Shown piece by piece: positions 27,801 through 42,748 of a stretch of DNA of 64,000 bases (within the stretch, counting starts at the first letter, position 1; every line of letters starts with the position of its first letter). The notes under the pieces were generated by a model, which did no database searches, was not told the DNA's origin, and was given only the letters and a program-made list of their open reading frames with translations. Made by a program: the position numbers and the translations under genes. Where the stretch lies: NCBI RefSeq assembly GCF_009914755.1, contig NC_060948.1; one strand, written 5' to 3'. Source of the DNA: the human T2T-CHM13v2.0 reference genome, Homo sapiens.

Positions 27801-28453
27801 AGAATGGAAACAAATGGAATGGAATTGAATGGAATGGAATTGAATGGAATGGGAACGAATGGAGTGAAATTGTATGCAGTAGAAGAGAATAGAATGGAAT
27901 GCAAGCGAAAGGAAAGGAATGGATTGGAATGGAATGGAATTCATTGGAATGGAAGGGAATGTAGTGTAATGGACAGGCCTGGAATAAAGTGGAATGCTAC
28001 GGTCTCGAATGGAATAAAAATGTATGGAATGGAATGCAATGAAACGGAATCGAATGTCATAGAATGTAATGGAATGCAAAAAAATGGAATCCAAAATCAT
28101 TGACTGGAAAGGCTGGGTGTCGAAAGGAATTGACTCCAATGGAATGGAATCGAATGGAATGGAAGTGAATAGAATCGAACTAAATCGAATGGAATGGAAT
28201 TGATAGGAACGGAATGGAAAGGAATGCAATGATTTGGCATGGAATGGAATCGAATGGCATCGAATGGAATGGAATGGAATGCAATGGAATGGAATGTATT
28301 AGAATGTAATGAACTTTAATGGAATGTACTCGAATGGATTCGACTGGAATGGAATGTTCTGGAAGTGAATGGACTCCAATGGAATGGATTCAAAAGGAAT
28401 GGAATCGTACGGAATGGAATCTAATGGAATGGAATTAAATGGAAATGAATCAA
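24870..28453. repeat. DYZ1 monomer U8 (3584 bp)
   Basis: Landmark spacing. Confidence 0.9.
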
Positions 28454-31400
28454 ATTGAATAGCACGGAATTGAATTGAATGGAATGGAATGCAATGGAAT
28501 CTAATGAAACGGAAAGGAAAGGAATGGAATGGAATGGAATGGGCTGGAATGGAAAGGAATCGAAACGAATGGAATGGAATCGAAGTGAAGAGACTGGAAT
28601 GGAATGCACTGGAATGGAAGGGAGTGTAATGGAAGGTTCTCGAAAAAAATGGAATCGAATGGAATGGAATTGAATGGAACGGAATAGAGTCGAATGGAAT
28701 TGAATGGAATGGAATGGACTAGAGTGAAATGGAATCGAACCACAAGGAATGGACAGGAATAGAATGGTCTCGAATTGAATGGAATCGTATGGAATGGCAT
28801 CAAACGGAATGGAATGGACAGCCACGGAATGGAATGCACTCGAATGCAATGGAGTCGAAACTAATGGACTGGAATAGAATGGACTCGACTGGTACGGACT
28901 CCAATGGAATGGAATCGAATGGAAGGGAATCAAACGGAAGGGAATCGAACGGAATGGACTCGAAGGGAAAAGACTGCAATGGAAAGGTCTCGAATGGAAT
29001 GGAAATTAATGGAATGGAATGGAATCGAATGAAATGGAGTCAAAAGGAATGGAATCGAATGGCAAGAAATCGAATGTAATGGAATCGCCAGGAATTGATG
29101 TGAACGGAACGGAATGGAATGGAATCCAAAGGAATGGAATAGAATGGAATGGAATCGAATGGAAAGGACTCGAATGGAAATCACTCGAATAGAATGCAAT
29201 TTAATAAAATAGGATCAAATGTAATGGAATGGAATGGAAAGGAATCGAAACGAAAGGAATGGAGACAGATGGAATGGAATGGAACAGAGAGCAATGGTAT
29301 AGAATGGAATGGAATCATCTGGAATGGAATTGAATGGAATGGAATAATATGAAATGGAATGGAATGGAATGGAATGGAATGGAATGGAATGCCCTTGAAT
29401 TAAATGGACTGGAATGGAATGGACTCAAACAGAGTGGAATGGAAAGTGTGGAGATAGAATGGAATGAACTCCTTTGGAATGGTGTAGTATGCAATGCAAT
29501 CGACTGGCAGGGAATCAAAAGGTATGTAATCGAATGGATTGGACTGGAATGCAAAGGACTCGAATAGATTGGAAACGGAATGCAAAGGAATGGATTGGAA
29601 TAGTATGGAATGCAATGGAAGGGAATGGAGTGGAATAGACTAGAGTGGAATGGAATGGACTGGAAAGCAATGGACTGGAATGGAACTTTCTTGGATGGAC
29701 TGGAATCAAACGGAATGGAATGCAGTGCAATCAAATGGCATGGAATAAAATAGAATGAAAGAGAATCAAATGGAATTGAATCGAATGGAATCGAATGGAT
29801 TGGAAAGGAATAGAATGGAATGGAATGGAATGGACTCAAATGGAATGGACTAGAATGGAATGGATTCGAATGGAAGGCAAAGGAATGGAATCTATTGGAA
29901 TGGACTGTAATGGAATGGAATGGAAGGGATTGGAATGGACTCGAATGGAATGGACTGCAATAGAAAGGATTCGAATGGAATGAAAAAGAATTGAATGGAA
30001 TAGAACAGAATGGAATCAAATCGAATGAAATGGAATGGAATAGAAAGGAATGGAATGAAATGGAATGGAAAGGATTCGAATGGAATGCAATCGAATGGAA
30101 TGGAATCGAACGGAATGGAATAAAATGGAAGAAAACTGGCAAGAAATGGAATCGAAATGAATGGAGTGTTATGGAACGGACTCAAAAGGAATTGAATGTA
30201 ATAGAATGGAGTGGAGTGGACTCGAATATAATGGACTGGAATGGAATGAAATCACATGGAATGGGAACGAATGGAATGGAATGGAAAGGAATGGAATCGA
30301 ATGGAAAGGAATCGAATGGAAGGGAATGAAATTGAATCAACACGAATGGAAGGGAATAGAATAGACTGTAATGGAATGGACTCGAATAGAATGGACACGA
30401 ATGCTCAAATTAAATGGACTCGAATGGAATGGAAACGAAAGGAATGTCATCGAATGGAATTGAATCGATTGGAATGAAATCGCATAGAATGGAGTGGAAT
30501 CAAATGGAATTGAATCGAAAGGAAAGGAAGCGAATGGACTGAAATGAAATGGAATGGAATTGAATGGAAAGTAATGCAATGGAATAGAATGGAACGAAAT
30601 TTCACGGAATGGAATCAAACTGAATGGAATCAAATCAATGGAATCAAATCAAATGGAATGGAAAGGAATTGAATGGAGTAGATGGGATTGGATGGGATTG
30701 GAATGAAATGTACTGGAAAGGACTCGAATTTCATGAAACGGAATGGAATGAATTGGAACGGAATGGACTCGAATGGAATGGAATGTCATGGGATGGCATC
30801 AAATGGAATGGCATCAAATGGAATGGAATCGAATGCAATGGAATGCTATGGAATGGAATGGAATGCATTGGAATGGAATGTCCTCTAATGGAATGGATTC
30901 GAGTGGAATGGAATTGAATATAATGGAGTCGAATGAAATGGAATTGAAAGGAATCGGATCGAATACAATGGAATATACAGGAATGTAACGTAATGAATTG
31001 GAATGTAATTGACTGGAATGGAATGTACATGAATGGAATGTAATCGAATGGAAAGTAATCCAATGGAATAGAATCTAATGCAATAAAATCGACTCAGATA
31101 GAGTAGAATGTAATGGAATGGAGTGCAGTGCAATGGAATGGAATGGAATGGAATGCAATGGAATGGAATGGAATGGAATGGAATGGAATGGAATGGAATG
31201 GAATGGAATGGGATGGAATGGTATGGAATGGATAGTAATGGACTGGAGTGAAATGGACTGGAAAGGAATGGACTCAAATTGAAAGGGCTCGAAAGGAATG
31301 GAGTCAAATGGAATGGTCTGGAATGGAATGAACACGAATGTAATGCAACCCAATAGAATGGAATCGAATGGCATGGAATATAAAGTAATGGAATCGAAGA

Positions 31401-32052
31401 GAATGGAAACAAATGGAATGGAATTGAATGGAATGGAATTGAATGGAATGGGAACGAATGGAGTGAAATTGTATGCAGTAGAAGAGAATAGAATGGAATG
31501 CAAGCGAAAGGAAAGGAATGGATTGGAATGGAATGGAATTCATTGGAATGGAAGGGAATGTAGTGTAATGGACAGGCCTGGAATAAAGTGGAATGCTACG
31601 GTCTCGAATGGAATAAAAATGTATGGAATGGAATGCAATGAAACGGAATCGAATGTCATAGAATGTAATGGAATGCAAAAAAATGGAATCCAAAATCATT
31701 GACTGGAAAGGCTGGGTGTCGAAAGGAATTGACTCCAATGGAATGGAATCGAATGGAATGGAAGTGAATAGAATCGAACTAAATCGAATGGAATGGAATT
31801 GATAGGAACGGAATGGAAAGGAATGCAATGATTTGGCATGGAATGGAATCGAATGGCATCGAATGGAATGGAATGGAATGCAATGGAATGGAATGTATTA
31901 TAATGTAATGAACTTTAATGGAATGTACTCGAATGGATTCGACTGGAATGGAATGTTCTGGAAGTGAATGGACTCCAATGGAATGGATTCAAAAGGAATG
32001 GAATCGTACGGAATGGAATCTAATGGAATGGAATTAAATGGAAATGAATCAA
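28454..32052. repeat. DYZ1 monomer U9 (3599 bp)
   Basis: Landmark spacing; expanded GGAAT runs at ~29356-29390 and ~31160-31209. Confidence 0.9.
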
Positions 32053-35000
32053 ATTGAATAGCACGGAATTGAATTGAATGGAATGGAATGCAATGGAATC
32101 TAATGAAACGGAAAGGAAAGGAATGGAATGGAATGGAATGGGCTGGAATGGAAAGGAATCGAAACGAATGGAATGGAATCGAAGTGAAGAGACTGGAATG
32201 GAATGCACTGGAATGGAAGGGAGTGTAATGGAAGGTTCTCGAAAAAAATGGAATCGAATGGAATGGAATTGAATGGAACGGAATAGAGTCGAATGGAATT
32301 GAATGGAATGGAATGGACTAGAGTGAAATGGAATCGAACCACAAGGAATGGACAGGAATAGAATGGTCTCGAATTGAATGGAATCGTATGGAATGGCATC
32401 AAACGGAATGGAATGGACAGCCACGGAATGGAATGCACTCGAATGCAATGGAGTCGAAACTAATGGACTGGAATAGAATGGACTCGACTGGTACGGACTC
32501 CAATGGAATGGAATCGAATGGAAGGGAATCGAACGGAAGGGAATCGAACGGAATGGACTCGAAGGGAAAAGACTGCAATGGAAAGGTCTCGAATGGAATG
32601 GAAATTAATGGAATGGAATGGAATCGAATGAAATGGAGTCAAAAGGAATGGAATCGAATGGCAAGAAATCGAATGTAATGGAATCGCCAGGAATTGATGT
32701 GAACGGAACGGAATGGAATGGAATCCAAAGGAATGGAATAGAATGGAATGGAATCGAATGGAAAGGACTCGAATGGAAATCACTCGAATAGAATGCAATT
32801 TAATAAAATAGGATCAAATGTAATGGAATGGAATGGAAAGGAATCGAAACGAAAGGAATGGAGACAGATGGAATGGAATGGAACAGAGAGCAATGGTATA
32901 GAATGGAATGGAATCATCTGGAATGGAATTGAATGGAATGGAATAATATGAAATGGAATGGAATGGAATGGAATGGAATGCCCTTGAATTAAATGGACTG
33001 GAATGGAATGGACTCAAACAGAGTGGAATGGAAAGTGTGGAGATAGAATGGAATGAACTCCTTTGGAATGGTGTAGTATGCAATGCAATCGACTGGCAGG
33101 GAATCAAAAGGAATGTAATCGAATGGATTGGACTGGAATGCAATGGACTCGAATAGATTGGAAACGGAATGCAAAGGAATGGAATGGAATAGTATGGAAT
33201 GCAATGGAAGGGAATGGAGTGGAATAGACTAGAGTGGAATGGAATGGACTGGAAAGCAATGGACTGGAATGGAACTTTCTTGGATGGACTGGAATCAAAC
33301 GGAATGGAATGCAATGCAATCAAATGGCATGGAATAAAATAGAATGAAAGAGAATCAAATGGAATTGAATCGAATGGAATCGAATGGATTGGAAAGGAAT
33401 AGAATGGAATGGAATGGAATGGACTCAAATGGAATGGACTAGAATGGAATGGATTCGAATGGAAGGCAAAGGAATGGAATCTATTGGAATGGACTGTAAT
33501 GGAATGGAATGGAAGGGATTGGAATGGACTCGAATGGAATGGACTGCAATAGAAAGGATTCGAATGGAATGAAAAAGAATTGAATGGAATAGAACAGAAT
33601 GGAATCAAATCGAATGAAATGGAATGGAATAGAAAGGAATGGAATGAAATGGAATGGAAAGGATTCGAATGGAATGCAATCGAATGGAATGGAATCGAAC
33701 GGAATGGAATAAAATGGAAGAAAACTGGCAAGAAATGGAATCGAAATGAATGGAGTGTTATGGAACGGACTCAAAAGGAATTGAATGTAATAGAATGGAG
33801 TGGAGTGGACTCGAATATAATGGACTGGAATGGAATGAAATCACATGGAATGGGAAAGAATGGAATGGAATGGAAAGGAATGGAATCGAATGGAAAGGAA
33901 TCGAATGGAAGGGAATGAAATTGAATCAACACGAATGGAAGGGAATAGAATAGACGGTAATGGAATGGACTCGAATAGAATGGACACGAATGCTCAAATT
34001 GAATGGACTCGAATGGAATGGAAACGAAAGGAATGTCATCGAATGGAATTGAATCGATTGGAATGAAATCGCATAGAATGGAGTGGAATCAAATGGAATT
34101 GAATCGAAAGGAAAGGAAGCGAATGGACTGAAATGAAATGGAATGGAATTGAATGGAAAGTAATGCAATGGAATAGAATGGAACGAAATTTCACGGAATG
34201 GAATCAAACTGAATGGAATCAAATCAATGGAATCAAATCAAATGGAATGGAGTAGATTGGATTGGATGGGATTGGAATGAAATGTACTGGAAAGGACTCG
34301 AATTTCATGAAACGGAATGGAATGAATTGGAACAGAATGGACTCGAATGGAATGGAATGTCATAGAATGGCATCAAATGGAATGGCATCAAATGGAATGG
34401 AATCGAATGCAATGGAATGCTATGGAATGGAATGGAATGCATTGGAATGGAATGTCCTCTAATGGAATGGATTCGAGTGGAATGGAATCGAATATAATGG
34501 AGTCGAATGAAATGGAATTGAAAGGAATGGGATCGAATACAATGGAATATACTGGAATGTAATGTAATGAACTCGAATGTAATTGACTGGAATGGAATGT
34601 ACATGAATGGAATGTAATCGAATGGAAAGTAATCCAATGGAATAGAATCTAATGCAATAAAATCGACTCAGATAGTGTAGAATGTAATGGAATGGAGTGC
34701 AGTGCAATGGAATGGAATGGAATGGAATGCAATGGAATGGAATGGAATGGAATGGAATGGAATGGAATGGAATGGGATGGAATGGTATGGAATGGATAGT
34801 AATGGACTGGAGTGAAATGGACTGGAAAGGAATGGACTCAAATTGAAAGGGCTCGAAAGGAATGGAGTCAAATGGAATGGTCTGGAATGGAATGAACACG
34901 AATGTAATGCAATCCAATAGAATGGAATCGAATGGCATGGAATATAAAGAAATGGAATCGAAGAGAATGGAAACAAATGGAATGGAATTGAATGGAATGG

Positions 35001-35616
35001 AATTGAATGGAATGGGAACGAATGGAGTGAAATTGTATGCAGTAGAAGGCAATAGAATGGAATGCAACCGAAAGGAAAGGAATGGATTGGAATGGAATGG
35101 AATTCATTGGAATGGAAGGGAATGTAGTGTAATGGACAGGCCTGGAATAAAGTGGAATGCTACGGTCTCGAATGGAATAAAAATGTATGGAATGGAATGC
35201 AATGAAACGGAATCGAATGTCATAGAATGTAATGGAATGCAAAAAAATGGAATCCAAAATCATTGAATGGAAAGGCTGGGTGTCGAAAGGAATTGACTGC
35301 AATGGAATGGAATCGAATGGAATGGAAGTGAATAGAATCGAACTAAATCGAATGGAATGGAATTGATAGGAACGGAATGGAAAGGAATGCAATGATTTGG
35401 CATGGAATGGAATCGAATGGCATCGAATGGAATGGAATGGAATGCAATGGAATGGAATGTATTAGAATGTAATGAACATTAGTGGAATGTACTCGAATGG
35501 ATTCGACTGGAATGGAATGTTCTGGAAGTGAATGGACTCCAATGGAATGGATTCGAAAGGAATGGAATCGAACGGAATGGAATCTAATGGAATGGAATTA
35601 AATGGAAATGAATCAA
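32053..35616. repeat. DYZ1 monomer U10 (3564 bp), chimeric
   Basis: Landmark spacing; first half is right-type, second half is U6-like. Confidence 0.9.
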
Positions 35617-38600
35617 ATTGAATAGCACGGAATTGAATTGAATGGAATCGAATGCAATGGAATCTAATGAAACGGAAAGGAAAGAATGGAATGGAATAGA
35701 ATGGGCTGGAATGGAAAGGAATCGAAACGAATGGAATGGAATCGAACTGAGGAGACTGGAATGGAATGCACTGGAATGGAAGGGAGTGTAATGGAAGGTT
35801 CTCGAAAAAAATGGAATCGAATGGAATGGAATTGAATGGAACGGAATAGAGTCGAATGGAATTGAATGGAATGGAATGGACTAGAGTGAAATGGAATCGA
35901 ACCACAAGGAATGGACAGGAATAGAATGGTCTCGAATTGAATGGAATCGTATGGAATGGCATCAAACGGAATGGAATGGACAGCCACGGAATGGAATGCA
36001 CTCGAATGCAATGGAGTCGAAACTAATGGACTGGAATAGAATGGACTCGACTGGTACGGACTCCAATGGAATGGAATCGAATGGAAGGGAATCGAACGGA
36101 ATGGACTCGAAGGGAAAAGACTGCAATGGAAAGGTCTCGAATGGAATGGAAATTAATGGAATGGAATGGAATCGAATGAAATGGAGTCAAAAGGAATGGA
36201 ATCGAATGGCAAGAAATCGAATGTAATGGAATCGCAAGGAATTGATGTGAACGGAACGGAATGGAATGGAATCCAAAGGAATGGAATAGAATGGAATGGA
36301 ATCGAATGGAAAGGACTCGAATGGAAATCACTCGAATAGAATGCAATTTAATAAAATAGGATCAAATGTAATAGAATGGAATGGAAAGGAATCGAAACGG
36401 AAGGAATGGAGACAGATGGAATGGAATGGAACAGAGAGCAATGGTATAGAATGGAATGGAATCATCTGGAATGGAATTGAATGGAATGGAATAATATGAA
36501 ATGGAATGGAATGGAATGGAATGGAATGCCCTTGAATTAAATGGACTGGACTCGAACAGAGTGGAATGGAAAGTGTTGAGATAGAATGGAATGGACTCCT
36601 TTGGAATGGTGTAGTATGCAATGCAATCGACTGGCAGGGAATCAAAAGGAATGTAATCGAATGGATTGGACTGGAATGCAATGGACTCGAATAGATTGGA
36701 AACGGAATGCAAAGGAATGGAATGGAATAGTATGGAATGCAATGGAAGGGAATGGAGTGGAATAGACTAGAGTGGAATGGAATGGACTGGAAAGCAATGG
36801 ACTGGAATGGAACTTTCTTGGATGGATTGGAATCAAACGGAATGGAATGCAATGCAATCAAATGGCATGGAATAAAATAGAATGAAAGAGAATCAAATGG
36901 AATTGAATCAAATGGAATCGAATGGATTGGAAAGGAATAGAATGGAATGGAATGGAATTGACTCAAATGGAATGGACTAGAATGGAATGGATTCGAATGG
37001 AAGGCAAAGGAATGGAATCTATTGGAATGGACTGTAATGGAATGGAATGGAAGGGATTGGAATGGACTCGAATGGAATGGACTGCAATAGAAAGGATTCG
37101 AATGGAATGAAAAAGAATTGAATGGAATAGAACAGAATGGAATCAAATCGAATGAAATGGAATGGAATAGAAAGGAATGGAATGAAATGGAATGGAAAGG
37201 ATTCGAATGGAATGCAATCGAATGGAATGGAATCGAACGGAATGGAATAAAATGGAAGAAAACTGGCAAGAAATGGAATCGAAATGAATGGAGTGTTATG
37301 GAACGGACTCAAAAGGAATTGAATGTAATAGAATGGAGTGGAGTGGACTCCAATATAATGGACTGGAATGGAATGAAATCACACGGAATGGGAACGAATG
37401 GAATGGAATGGAAAGGAATGGAATTGAATGAAAAGGAATCGAATGGAAGGGAATGAAATTGAATCAACAGGAATGGAAGGGAATAGAATAGACTGTAATG
37501 CAATGGACTCGAATAGAATGGACACGAATGCTCAAATTAAATGGACTCGAATGGAATGGAAACGAAAGGAATGTCATCGAATGGAATTGAATCGATTGGA
37601 ATGAAATCGCATAGAATGGAGTGGAATCAAATGGATTTGAATCGAAAGGAAAGGAAGCGAATGGACTGAAATGAAATGGAATGGAATTGAATGGAAAGTA
37701 ATGCAATGGAATAGAATGGAACGAAATTTCACGGAATGGAATCAAACTGAATGGAATCAAATCAATGGAATCAAATCAAATGGAATGGAAAGGAATTGAA
37801 TGGAGTAGATGGGATTGGATGGGATTGGAATGAAATGTACTGGAAAGGACTCGAATTTCATGAAACGGAATGGAATGAATTGGAACGGAATGGACTCGAA
37901 TGGAATGGAATGTCATGGGATGGCATCAAATGGAATGGCATCAAATGGAATGGAATGGAATGCAATGGAATGCTATGGAATGGAATGGAATGCATTGGAA
38001 TGGAATGTCCTCTAATGGAATGGATTCGAGTGGAATGGAATTGAATATAATGGAGTCGAATGAAATGGAATTGAAAGGAATGGGATCGAATAAAATGGAA
38101 TATACTGGAATGTAACGTAATGAACTCGAATGTAATTGACTGGAATGGAATGTACATGAATGGAATGTAATCGAATGGAAAGTAATCCAATGGAATAGAA
38201 TCTAATGCAATAAAATCGACTCAGATAGAGTAGAATGTAATGGAATGGAGTGCAGTGCAATGGAATGGAATGGAATGGAATGCAATGGAATGGAATGGAA
38301 TGGAATGGAATGGAATGGAATGGGATGGAATGGTATGGAATGGATAGTAATGGACTGGAGTGAAATGGACTGGAAAGGAATGGACTCAAATTGAAAGGTC
38401 TCGAAAGGAATGGAGTCAAATTGAATGGTCTGGAATGGAATGAACACGAATGTAATGCAACCCAATAGAATGGAATCGAATGGCATGGAATATAAAGAAA
38501 TGGAATCGAAGAGAATGGAAACAAATGGAATGGAATTGAATGGAATGGAATTGAATGGAATGGGAACGAATGGAGTGAAATTGTATGCAGTAGAAGAGAA

Positions 38601-39164
38601 TAGAATGGAATGCAAGCGAAAGGAAAGGAATGGATTGGAATGGAATGGAATTCATTGGAATGGAAGGGAATGTAGTGTAATGGACAGGCCTGGAATAAAG
38701 TGGAATGCTACGGTCTCGAATGGAATAAAAATGTATGGAATGGAATGCAATGAAACGGAATCGAATGTCATAGAATGTAATGGAATGCAAAAAAATGGAA
38801 TCCAAAATCATTGACTGGAAAGGCTGGGTGTCGAAAGGAATTGACTCCAACGGAATGGAATCGAATGGAATGGAAGTGAATAGAATCGAACTAAATCGAA
38901 TGGAATGGAATTGATAGGAACGGAATGGAAAGGAATGCAATGATTTGGCATGGAATGGAATCGAATGGCATCGAATGGAATGGAATGGAATGCAATGGAA
39001 TGGAATGTATTAGAATGTAATGAACTTTAATGGAATGTACTCGAATGGATTCGACTGGAATGGAATGTTCTGGAAGTGAATGGACTCCAATGGAATGGAT
39101 TCAAAAGGAATGGAATCGTACGGAATGGAATCTAATGGAATGGAATTAAATGGAAATGAATCAA
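35617..39164. repeat. DYZ1 monomer U11 (3548 bp), U7-like
   Basis: Landmark spacing; shares the 1-bp and 10-bp deletions with U7. Confidence 0.9.
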
Positions 39165-42100
39165 ATTGAATAGCACGGAATTGAATTGAATGGAATGGAA
39201 TGCAATTTAATCTAATGAAACGGAAAGAAAAGGAATGGAATGGAATGGAATGGGCTGGAATGGAAAGGAATCGAAACGAATGGAATGGAATCGAAGTGAA
39301 GAGACTGGAATGGAATGCACTGGAATGGAAGGGAGTGTAATGGAAGGTTCTCGAAAAAAATGGAATCGAATGGAATGGAATTGAATGGAACGGAATAGAG
39401 TCGAATGGAATTGAATGGAATGGAATGGACTAGAGTGAAATGGAATCGAACCACAAGGAATGGACAGGAATAGAATGGTCTCGAATTGAATGGAATCGTA
39501 TGGAATGGCATCAAACGGAATGGAATGGACAGCCACGGAATGGAATGCACTCGAATGCAATGGAGTCGAAACTAATGGACTGGAATAGAATGGACTCGAC
39601 TGGTACGGACTCCAATGGAATGGAATCGAATGGAAGGGAATCGAACGGAAGGGAATCGAACGGAATGGACTCGAAGGGAAAAGACTGCAATGGAAAGGTC
39701 TCGAATGGAATGGAAATTAATGGAATGGAATGGAATCGAATGAAATGGAGTCAAAAGGAATGGAATCGAATGGCAAGAAATCGAATGTAATGGAATCGCC
39801 AGGAATTGATGTGAACGGAACGGAATGGAATGGAATCCAAAGGAATGGAATAGAATGGAATGGAATCGAATGGAAAGGACTCGAATGGAAATCACTCGAA
39901 TAGAATGCAATTTAATAAAATAGGATCAAATGTAATGGAATGGAATGGAAAGGAATCGAAACGAAAGGAATGGAGACAGATGGAATGGAATGGAACAGAG
40001 AGCAATGGTATAGAATGGAATGGAATCATCTGGAATGGAATTGAATGGAATGGAATAATATGAAATGGAATGGAATGGAATGGAATGGAATGCCCTTGAA
40101 TTAAATGGACTGGAATGGAATGGACTCAAACAGAGTGGAATGGAATGTGTGGAGATAGAATGGAATGAACTCCTTTGGAATGGTCTAGTAGGCAATGCAA
40201 TCGACTGGCAGGGAATCAAAAGGTATGTAATCGAATGGATTGGACTGGAATGCAAAGGACTCGAATAGATTGGAAACGGAATGCAAAGGAATGGAATGGA
40301 ATAGTATGGAATGCAATGGAAGGGAATGGAGTGGAATAGACTAGAGTGGAATGGAATGGACTGGAAAGCAATGGACTGGAATGGAACTTTCTTGGATGGA
40401 CTGGAATCAAACGGAATGGAATGCAGTGCAATCAAATGGCATGGAATAAAATAGAATGAAAGAGAATCAAATGGAATTGAATCGAATGGAATCGAATGGA
40501 TTGGAAAGGAATAGAATGGAATGGAATGGAATGGACTCAAATGGAATGGACTAGAATGGAATGGATTCGAATGGAAGGCAAAGGAATGGAATCTATTGGA
40601 ATGGACTGTAATGGAATGGAATGGAAGGGATTGGAATGGACTCGAATGGAATGGACTGCAATAGAAAGGATTCGAATGGAATGAAAAAGAATTGAATGGA
40701 ATAGAACAGAATGGAATCAAATCGAATGAAATGGAATGGAATAGAAAGGAATGGAATGAAATGGAATGGAAAGGATTCGAATGGAATGCAATCGAATGGA
40801 ATGGAATCGAACGGAATGGAATAAAATGGAAGAAAACTGGCAAGAAATGGAATCGAAATGAATGGAGTGTTATGGAACGGACTCAAAAGGAATTGAATGT
40901 AATAGAATGGAGTCTAGTGGACTCGAATATAATGGACTGGAATGGAATGAAATCACATGGAATGGGAACGAATGGAATGGAATGGAAAGGAATGGAATCG
41001 AATGGAAAGGAATCGAATGGAAGGGAATGAAATTGAGTCAACACGAATGGAAGGGAATAGAATAGACTGTAATGGAATGGACTCGAATAGAATGGACACG
41101 AATGCTCAAATTAAATGGACTCGAATGGAATGGAAACGAAAGGAATGTCATCGAATGGAATTGAATCGATTGGAATGAAATCGCATAGAATGGAGTGGAA
41201 TCAAATGGAATTGAATCGAAAGGAAAGGAAGCGAATGGACTGAAATGAAATGGAATGGAATTGAATGGAAAGTAATGCAATGGAATAGAATGGAACGAAA
41301 TTTCACGGAATGGAATCAAACTGAATGGAATCAAATCAATGGAATCAAATCAAATGGAATGGAAAGGAATTGAATGGAGTAGATGGGATTGGATGGGATT
41401 GGAATGAAATGTACTGGAAAGGACTCGAATTTCATGAAACGGAATGGAATGAATTGGAACGGAATGGACTCGAATGTAATGGAATGTCATGGGATGGCAT
41501 CAAATGGAATGACATCAAATGGAATGGAATCGAATGCAATGGAATGCTATGGAATGGAATGGAATGCATTGGAATGGAATGTTCTCTAATGGAATGGATT
41601 CGAGTGGAATGGAATTGAATATAATGGAGTCGAATGAAATGGAATTGAAAGGAATGGGATCGAATACAATGGAATATACAGGAATGTAACGTAATGAACT
41701 CGAATGTAATTGACTGGAATGGAATGTACATGAATGGAATGTAATCGAATGGAAAGTAATCCAATGGAATAGAATCTAATGCAATAAAATCGACTCAGAT
41801 AGAGTAGAATGTAATGGAATGGAGTGCAGTGCAATGGAATGGAATGGAATGGAATGCAATGGAATGGAATGGAATGGAATGGAATGGAATGGAATGGAAT
41901 GGAATGGGATGGAATGGTATGGAATGGATAGTAATGGACTGGAGTGAAATGGACTGGAAAGGAATGGACTCAAATTGAATGGGCTCGAAAGGAATGGAGT
42001 CAAATGGAATGGTCTGGAATGGAATGAACACGAATGTAATGCAACCCAATAGAATGGAATCGAATGGCATGGAATATAAAGAAATGGAATCGAAGAGAAT

Positions 42101-42748
42101 GGAAACAAATGGAATGGAATTGAATGGAATGGAATTGAATGGAATGGGAACGAATGGAGTGAAATTGTATGCAGTAGAAGAGAATAGAATGGAATGCAAG
42201 CGAAAGGAAAGGAATGGATTGGAATGGAATGGAATTCATTGGAATGGAAGGGAATGTAGTGTAATGGACAGGCCTGGAATAAAGTGGAATGCTACGGTCT
42301 CGAATGGAATAAAAATGTATGGAATGGAATGCAATGAAACGGAATCGAATGTCATAGAATGTAATGGAATGCAAAAAAATGGAATCCAAAATCATTGACT
42401 GGAAAGGCTGGGTGTCGAAAGGAATTGACTCCAATGGAATGGAATCGAATGGAATGGAAGTGAATAGAATCGAACTAAATCGAATGGAATGGAATTGATA
42501 GGAACGGAATGGAAAGGAATGCAATGATTTGGCTTGGAATGGAATCGAATGGCATCGAATGGAATGGAATGGAATGCAATGGAATGGAATGTATTAGAAT
42601 GTAATGAACTTTAATGGAATGTACTCGAATGGATTCGACTGGAATGGAATGTTCTGGAAGTGAATGGACTCCAATGGAATGGATTCAAAAGGAATGGAAT
42701 CGTACGGAATGGAATCTAATGGAATGGAATTAAATGGAAATGAATCAA
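39165..42748. repeat. DYZ1 monomer U12 (3584 bp)
   Basis: Landmark spacing. Confidence 0.9.
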
